Shown here piece after piece: positions 58,356 through 64,000 of a DNA stretch of 64,000 nt. Below the pieces are notes generated by a model that was not told the DNA's origin, did no database searches, and saw only the letters and a list, made by a program, of their open reading frames with translations. The position numbers and the translations under genes were made by a program. This stretch comes from Clostridiales bacterium. GTDB taxonomy: Bacteria > Bacillota > Clostridia > Christensenellales > UBA1242. Where the stretch lies: assembly GCA_918292005.1 (NCBI GenBank), contig CAKJZJ010000003.1, positions 4,161 through 68,160 on the forward strand, written 5' to 3'. Numbering within the stretch: the first letter of the stretch is position 1; each line of letters starts with the position of its first letter.

Positions 58356-59335
58356 TGAATAGATTTGATGAGATGCTGTGTAGGTATAATGTCCTTACCG
58401 AAGATGCTAAAAAAACAGACAAAATATGTTATAGAATTTTCAAGGGAAATAGAAGGTATACGCTAGAGAGTGATGAAAAAAATACAAATGCCATGATAAT
58501 GATTCAGGTAAGTAGTGCTAGTAGTCTACAGATATATCTGGGTGGAATAAAAATATATGATTATGCAGGTATAAAGAATGCATATGTCCCAGTTATAGTA
58601 AACCAAAGAAAAGAATTACGAATAATTGGAGATTGCGAATATCTGGTAGTAGTAGCGTTAGGAGCAAGTTTTGTAGAAAAAGAAAGAAACTTTTATCTAG
58701 ATAGAATCAATACATACATTGAAGATTGTGGTGAGTTCAGAATTCAGGAATATGCCAGTCTTGCAGATTATGTTTGCTATAATTTCAATACAGTCAAAAT
58801 TCTAGAAGATGTAATCGAAGCCAAGGTAATAAATTATAATGGTAATGAATATTGTGGTGTAATATTCAAGGATAATGATGGGGTGTGTTTTTCATCTTCT
58901 ATAGATAACTATGTAGGGAAAATTATTATTACAAATGATTGTGATGATATTGTCGTACTGGGTAGTACTAGTCATGATAAACTATATTTTGTATACCTAA
59001 TATTTGGAGAAATATATAGAGCAACATATGATATATCCAGTGGTGTTTTGAGTGGTGCCGTGCTTATTGATATTGATGCTAAAATTGATAATGGTTCTGT
59101 GGTTGGGTTTATAAAAACACAAATTAATTCTGACGAGAATGTGTTTGTGTGTATTAATATATCAAACAAATACATGGTAGTTTATGACATAAATAATAAT
59201 ATTATTGTCAATAATTATAAAATATATGACAAAAACGTAAATACAATCATAAATAATAATGAAATATTAATCTTTCAAAAATTATATAAAAAAATGCAAA
59301 TTATTAAAATTATTTATGTATACAATAATAACTAA
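58355..59335 (+). CDS. Hypothetical phage-cluster protein (~326 aa) with N/I-rich C-terminus
   Basis: TGATG coupling to the previous gene. No motif recognised. Confidence 0.5.
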   Translation: MNRFDEMLCRYNVLTEDAKKTDKICYRIFKGNRRYTLESDEKNTNAMIMIQVSSASSLQIYLGGIKIYDYAGIKNAYVPVIVNQRKELRIIGDCEYLVVVALGASFVEKERNFYLDRINTYIEDCGEFRIQEYASLADYVCYNFNTVKILEDVIEAKVINYNGNEYCGVIFKDNDGVCFSSSIDNYVGKIIITNDCDDIVVLGSTSHDKLYFVYLIFGEIYRATYDISSGVLSGAVLIDIDAKIDNGSVVGFIKTQINSDENVFVCINISNKYMVVYDINNNIIVNNYKIYDKNVNTIINNNEILIFQKLYKKMQIIKIIYVYNNN

Positions 59336-59441
59336 TATTTGACAAGTCAAAGTAATTATGTTGTTATAGACAATGTAGATTGTTGCTGTATTGTGGCTGG
59401 TAAATATGTTTTATATAATTGTATAAATACTACGGTGAGTG

Positions 59442-60452
59442 ATGATTTATTCTGAGATTGTTAGAGATGTTGTTAGGTTAAATTTGCATAATAATTTTTA
59501 TAAAGGTGGTAGTACTTTGGAATATAGAATTGGTAATGATGAAACAAATAAAATTAGAGATATGTATAATTCTGATTTGAATAAAAATAACCTTGATGAT
59601 TTGATAGGTAAGATAAAAGTAATCGATGATACATATAGATTATCTGATTATCCAGAATACATTGATCCTGGTTTTGAACGTATGCCTTCTGTTAGTGTTG
59701 ATGCTGATACTATTAGAGAAAATGCTATAGAATCTTTAGGTGAATATAAAAACAAATCTATCGATAGTATTAATTCTGACTATGATTCTCGTAGTCAAAA
59801 GTTACTGGATGCTAAAGATGATTTGGCTTTTGATTTGGAGTCTCAGAAGTCCAATGTTTCTTCTTATTATGATTCTGCTAGAACTAGATCTAGTAATGAT
59901 GCTTTGGATAGGGGGCTAGCCAGGAGTAGTATTATTATCAATGTTTTGGATGCTTTTGATAATAATGAAATTGCTGATTTGCGTGCCCTTGATGATGAAT
60001 ATACCAAGTCTTTAAATACTATTGACTTTCAATTAAATTCTCTCAAATTGCAGAGAGAAAAGGCTTTGTCCGATTTTGATATTTCTTATGCTGTAAAATT
60101 GGGAGATAAAATATCTTCTTTGACTGCAGATATGGAGAAAAAGCGTTCTGAAGTTATTAAATATAATAATGAGATTGCTGAAAAAGAAAAGAAATATTTG
60201 GACAACTATAATAAGTTGGTCTTGGATATTAAGAAGTCAAATATATCTAATAGTAATAAAATGGTAGAGTTGGTAGGTAAATATGGTGATAAGGCAATTA
60301 ATAGGTATCGCAAAAATCAAATATTTGACCTTTTAGATGAATATTTTGCTAATATGAGCAAAGATACTGCATTGGATGTTTTGAATACCAATGATACTTT
60401 AAAGGATGCTCTAGGCTCTGATTTTGATGAATATATAGGTAGGTATCAATAA
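59442..60452 (+). CDS. Hypothetical phage-cluster protein, D/S/K-rich coiled-coil-like
   Basis: Follows a 100-nt gap containing TATAAT (59413-59418). Stop and start overlap with the holin gene. Confidence 0.5.
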   Translation: MIYSEIVRDVVRLNLHNNFYKGGSTLEYRIGNDETNKIRDMYNSDLNKNNLDDLIGKIKVIDDTYRLSDYPEYIDPGFERMPSVSVDADTIRENAIESLGEYKNKSIDSINSDYDSRSQKLLDAKDDLAFDLESQKSNVSSYYDSARTRSSNDALDRGLARSSIIINVLDAFDNNEIADLRALDDEYTKSLNTIDFQLNSLKLQREKALSDFDISYAVKLGDKISSLTADMEKKRSEVIKYNNEIAEKEKKYLDNYNKLVLDIKKSNISNSNKMVELVGKYGDKAINRYRKNQIFDLLDEYFANMSKDTALDVLNTNDTLKDALGSDFDEYIGRYQ

Positions 60453-60697
60453 TGTGGGAGCAAATAGTTAATTTAGCCGTTAGTAATGGTTTATTTGCTG
60501 TTATGTTTCTGGGGCTTCTTATTTATCTATTACGTGATAGCAAAAATAGAGAGAATAAATATCAAAATACTATAGAAAGGCTAGGGCATGCTTTAGAAAT
60601 CGTGCAGGATGTTAAGGATGATGTTGAAGAGATTAAATCTATTATTGATGATAGATATGTAAAGAAAGGGACTCGTGATGTGGAAAAAAAGAACTAA
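60452..60697 (+). CDS. BhlA/UviB-family holin-like protein
   Basis: The N-terminal helix and following motif NGLFAVMFLGLLIYLLRDSKNRENKYQNTIERL match the BhlA/UviB pattern (G.FAVLF..LL.Y.....K.RE.K). Confidence 0.7.
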   Translation: MWEQIVNLAVSNGLFAVMFLGLLIYLLRDSKNRENKYQNTIERLGHALEIVQDVKDDVEEIKSIIDDRYVKKGTRDVEKKN

Positions 60698-61037
60698 AAC
60701 AACTTCTTTTTGGATTGGGCTTTCATCAATACTTGTTTTAATTGTGGATTATGTTAGTAGTGAATTTGGATTTTCTATATGTTCTGATTTAGTGCCTAAA
60801 ATTATTTTGGGTTTATGCTCGTTTCTTGTGTTGGTGGGTTTTGTCAATAAAAAAGATGTTGATGGTGAGCCTTCACAAAAAACTGAAATTTTAGATGAAA
60901 TCAAATCTTTGAATAATTATACAAAAAATAAATCAAATACCAAAAACGAATTATTAAAAAAATCGAACGATAAAAATTTGAATAATTATACAAATATTTC
61001 GCATAATTATTCGGATTCTGATGATGAGACTAAGTAA
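60678..61037 (+). CDS. Small two-TM membrane protein (possible second holin component)
   Basis: Two hydrophobic helices followed by a charged N/K-rich tail. Overlaps the end of the BhlA-like gene. Confidence 0.4.
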   Translation: MWKKRTKTTSFWIGLSSILVLIVDYVSSEFGFSICSDLVPKIILGLCSFLVLVGFVNKKDVDGEPSQKTEILDEIKSLNNYTKNKSNTKNELLKKSNDKNLNNYTNISHNYSDSDDETK

Positions 61038-61055
61038 TTTTATTTGTTTATTAGT

Positions 61056-61091
61056 GTGGCTCCTGTATTTTTATGGGAGTCACTTTTTTTT
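61056..61091 (+). terminator. Rho-independent terminator closing the phage-like cluster
   Basis: GTGGCTCCT...GGGAGTCAC hairpin followed by T8. Confidence 0.65.
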
Positions 61092-61145
61092 ATAATTATT
61101 TGATTTTGGTTTTTATTTGATATATAATGGATTAAGGTATAAGTT

Positions 61146-62096
61146 ATGATATTCAAAAATTCGCTTAAAATACTTTTTTCTAATTTTAATATTGTGTGGA
61201 AGACACTTCTCTATTTATTTGTTGTCTTTCTTTTATCTGCTGTTGGTGTGTATTTGTCTCTTAAGCCTATATACGATCTTTTAGTATTGTCTGGGCTTAT
61301 TGATTCAATTAGCGAGATTTACACTAGTTTTATCACTTCGCTAAATTTGGCACAGTTTTTTATGTCGTCTAGCGATTTGATTGCTTCCATTTGGATGGTT
61401 ATTGTTGGTAATATTTCATCCATCTGGTTTAGTATTGTCTGTTTTGTATTTGTGGTTTTTGTATTTAAGGTATTGGCTTCCAATTTGATTATTATGGTTA
61501 ATTGTGAGTGTTTGCATTATTATATGGGTAGTATGAATAGGGCTTCATACTTTCACGAGTTTGGTGCTACTTTGGGTAAAAATATTAGGATGCAACTTTG
61601 CTATTATCTAGTATCACTTCCTATCAAATTGCTAATTGTTGCTATATGTTACTTTGAATGTATGTTAATAGGTGGTGGGCTTTTACAGGCCATATTTACA
61701 GTTTTCTTCTTGGTGGTTTCTTTTGTAATATTGGTTGCTTTGAAATATACTTTATTTGCCACTTGGATGCCTACTGTGGTGGTAATGAATTATGGTGTAT
61801 TTAAATCACTAGGTAAAGCGCTTAAATTATCTTTTAGGAAATTTGGTCGTATTTTTGCCAATGCGCTAGGGGTGGTTTCTGTTATTTATTTCGTAAATGT
61901 GTTTTTTGGTCTGTTTACATTCTTTGCTGGATTGCTGATTACTATTCCTGCATCATATTTATTCTATAGCGTGTTTGGAATGGTTGTTGTTTATGATTGT
62001 CAGGGTATGAGATATTATGTAGATGTGTATAATGTTGTATCTCCAGCCAAAAAGGAAAAGTCCGATAAATTGAAACAAATGAAATATATTGTGTAA
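61146..62096 (+). CDS. Polytopic membrane protein, function unknown
   Basis: 316 aa with about 7 hydrophobic helices. Has its own TTGATT/TATAAT promoter-like elements and its own terminator. Confidence 0.5.
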   Translation: MIFKNSLKILFSNFNIVWKTLLYLFVVFLLSAVGVYLSLKPIYDLLVLSGLIDSISEIYTSFITSLNLAQFFMSSSDLIASIWMVIVGNISSIWFSIVCFVFVVFVFKVLASNLIIMVNCECLHYYMGSMNRASYFHEFGATLGKNIRMQLCYYLVSLPIKLLIVAICYFECMLIGGGLLQAIFTVFFLVVSFVILVALKYTLFATWMPTVVVMNYGVFKSLGKALKLSFRKFGRIFANALGVVSVIYFVNVFFGLFTFFAGLLITIPASYLFYSVFGMVVVYDCQGMRYYVDVYNVVSPAKKEKSDKLKQMKYIV

Positions 62097-62120
62097 AAGG
62101 CAAATTGATTGCCTTTTTTG
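62096..62120 (+). terminator. Rho-independent terminator
   Basis: AGGCAA-ATTGA-TTGCCT hairpin followed by T6. Confidence 0.65.
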
Positions 62121-62429
62121 TTGTAATTTGGCATTGAAGATGTCATGATGAAAAAAATAATTGTGAAATTATTGATTTTTTATGTTTTTTAATGTATATT
62201 ATTTATAACGAAGTTAGTTTAATATTGTACATAATGATTTTTGCATACGTGATTTGTTGTGGCCAATAATTGATTTAGGTGTTTTTTGCTTTGGTTATTT
62301 TGTGTATGCGTGTGCGATTTCATATGCTTTTATGTGTTCATTTAGTCTAATTTTTTAGACTTTCAATATATTTTGGCTTTTTTCTTGTTTGCAATTACTA
62401 CTAACGAATTTAATTACTTGGAGGATATT

Positions 62430-64000
62430 ATGAATAAACAAACGAGTGGCATCAAACTATCTTTTTTAGGTGGTGTGGGCGAAGTTGGTAAAAACCTAAT
62501 GGTGCTAGAATATGGTAATGAAATGTTGGTTATAGATAGTGGACTCGCATTCCCATCGGACGATATGCCAGGCATTGATCTAGTTATTCCAGATTTTACT
62601 TACCTAATAAATAATAAAAATAAAATTAAAGGTATACTCATTACTCATGGTCACGAAGACCATATCGGTGCTTTACCTTACTTATTGCAAGAGTTACCAG
62701 GTGTGCCTGTTTTTGCTAGTAAATTAACTGTTGCATTGATTGAGAATAAATTAAAAGAACATAGAAAGATTAAATGCAAACCTAATTGTGTGAAGCCAGG
62801 TCAAACAATCAAACTGGGCTGTTTTTCGATCGAATTTGTAAAAGTTACACATAGTATTAGTGGTGCGATGGCTTTGGCTATTACTACTCCTGTTGGTGTT
62901 TATTTCCATACTGGAGACTTTAAACTTGATTACACCCCAATAGATGGCGATGCTATGGATTTGGTCAGATTGGCCGAGATTAGTAAAAAGGGTGTATTAT
63001 TGCTTACTGCAGATAGTACCAATGCTGAACGTCCAGGATTTAGTATGAGTGAGAGAAAGGTGGGTGCTACCCTAGATAATCTCTTTGTTCAGAATCAAAC
63101 AAAAAGGATAATTATAGCCACTTTTGCTAGTAACGTTCATAGAATACAGCAGATTTTAAATATCTGTGAAAAATATGGTAGAAAGATTATTTTTACAGGT
63201 AGGAGCATGCTGAATATCTGTGAGACTGCTGCTAAAATTGGTGAATTGAAGTTTAATAGAGAATTGGTAGTAGACATTAATAATATCGACAAATACGAAG
63301 ATAAACAACTCTGTATCTTGTGTACTGGTAGTCAGGGTGAAGAGAATAGCGCATTGACTAGAATGGCTAATGGCGAATTTAATAAAATAGAAATAGGCAA
63401 TAATGATTATGTTATTTTCTCATCATCTGTAATACCTGGTAATGAGAGAGAGATTAATAATGTTATAAATCTACTATATACAAAAGGTGCATCTGTAATA
63501 TATGAGTCACTTGCAGAAGTCCATGTTAGTGGTCATGCATACCAGGAAGAATTGAAAACATTACATTCTATACTTAGACCTAAATTTTTCGTGCCATGTC
63601 ATGGTGAATATAGACATTTGAGAGCACATAGCAATATCGCAAAAGATCTAGGTATGAATGATAGAAATATTGTTATTCCTGATTTAGGCGATACTATTAT
63701 GGTTACTAAAAATAGTATTAAAAAATCCGGTACAGTTCCTAGTGGTATAAAATTGGTAGATGGCTACGATGTTAGCGAGGCTGGTGGTGTGGTTCAGCGT
63801 GATAGGGTGCAGTTGGCTACGGAAGGAATGTGTATTGTTACTGTTACCATTTCATCTAAATTCTGGTCTTTAACATCCAAACCAGATATTATTACCAAAG
63901 GTTTTGTTGTTGTAAAAGATAATGAAGAATTGCTAGAAGAAGCAAAAGACATGATTCTAAATTTGGTTATTAATACCAATTTTAAAACACAAGATTGGAA
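62430..64000 (+). CDS. rnj: Ribonuclease J (3' end beyond window)
   Basis: ATG after GGAGGA. The frame stays open to the window end, which is why it is absent from the ORF track. Metallo-beta-lactamase motif HGHEDHIG and beta-CASP region (FTGRSM, HVSGHA, PCHGEYRH). Confidence 0.9.
   Translation, partial: MNKQTSGIKLSFLGGVGEVGKNLMVLEYGNEMLVIDSGLAFPSDDMPGIDLVIPDFTYLINNKNKIKGILITHGHEDHIGALPYLLQELPGVPVFASKLTVALIENKLKEHRKIKCKPNCVKPGQTIKLGCFSIEFVKVTHSISGAMALAITTPVGVYFHTGDFKLDYTPIDGDAMDLVRLAEISKKGVLLLTADSTNAERPGFSMSERKVGATLDNLFVQNQTKRIIIATFASNVHRIQQILNICEKYGRKIIFTGRSMLNICETAAKIGELKFNRELVVDINNIDKYEDKQLCILCTGSQGEENSALTRMANGEFNKIEIGNNDYVIFSSSVIPGNEREINNVINLLYTKGASVIYESLAEVHVSGHAYQEELKTLHSILRPKFFVPCHGEYRHLRAHSNIAKDLGMNDRNIVIPDLGDTIMVTKNSIKKSGTVPSGIKLVDGYDVSEAGGVVQRDRVQLATEGMCIVTVTISSKFWSLTSKPDIITKGFVVVKDNEELLEEAKDMILNLVINTNFKTQDW

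Larger units (their letters stand above)
48795..61091 (+). mobile_element. Compact phage-derived packaging/head/holin cluster (prophage remnant or domesticated particle module)
   Basis: Co-oriented regulator, TerL, TerS-like, portal, scaffold, MCP, five unknown proteins and a BhlA-like holin pair, closed by a strong terminator. No integrase, replication, tape-measure or lysin genes are recognisable in the cluster or its flanks. Confidence 0.6.

Noticed and set aside
60675-60697. Programmed -1 frameshift on the A-rich run (GGAAAAAAAG) joining the BhlA-like ORF to the next ORF.
   Set aside because: The downstream ORF is in the +1 frame, not -1, relative to the holin gene. It also has its own AAGGG RBS and ATG at 60678.
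1-64000. Genome-wide or cluster-wide stop-codon reassignment (TGA or TAG read as sense).
   Set aside because: Long conserved genes are intact under the standard code. Host genes end in TAG (for example at 874-876 and 5797-5799) or TGA (ctsR, ddl, tsaB) directly before RBSs or terminators. Inside the phage-like cluster, TerL, portal, capsid and the 500-aa ORF contain no in-frame TAG. Only the single scaffold TAG remains unexplained.

Overview
The window is an AT-rich chromosomal segment that looks like a low-GC Bacillota (Firmicutes) genome. The exact taxon cannot be determined from the sequence alone. It uses the standard bacterial genetic code: host genes end in TAA, TAG and TGA, often directly before hairpin terminators.

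About three quarters of the window is tightly packed housekeeping:
- polA and an mtaD-like amidohydrolase
- ctsR-mcsA-clpC with a textbook CtsR operator, but no mcsB
- hpf, dnaB, a short alaS, and a phosphohexomutase
- a cysteine desulfurase plus DUF3343, then nth, obg and yhbY
- tsaE-tsaB-rimI, and murF-ddl convergent with murG (opposite strand)
- parE-parC-like type IIA topoisomerase genes
- a 3'-truncated rnj at the right edge

No rRNA genes, tRNA genes, CRISPR arrays, transposases or integrases were seen.

The most unusual part is 48.8-61.1 kb. It is a compact, single-strand, phage-derived cluster with this gene order:
- a sigma-70 region-4-type regulator
- large terminase
- a small-terminase-like gene
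- portal
- a scaffold gene interrupted by an in-frame TAG
- major capsid
- five unknown proteins
- a BhlA/UviB-type holin pair

The cluster has no integrase, replication module, tape-measure gene or recognisable endolysin. It could be a prophage remnant, a domesticated GTA-like or satellite-like particle module, or a minimal short-tailed structural module.

Secondary oddities:
- Low-complexity extensions on replication proteins: a roughly 230 aa K/E/T-rich N-terminus on ParC and an 80 aa acidic tail on DnaB.
- A tandem-OB SSB-like protein.
- A MurF with a polytopic membrane N-terminus.
- A degenerate orphan ABC ATPase.
- An orphan promoter plus terminator (candidate sRNA) in a long convergent intergenic region.

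All functional calls come from motifs read by eye in the supplied translations. No database searches were run.
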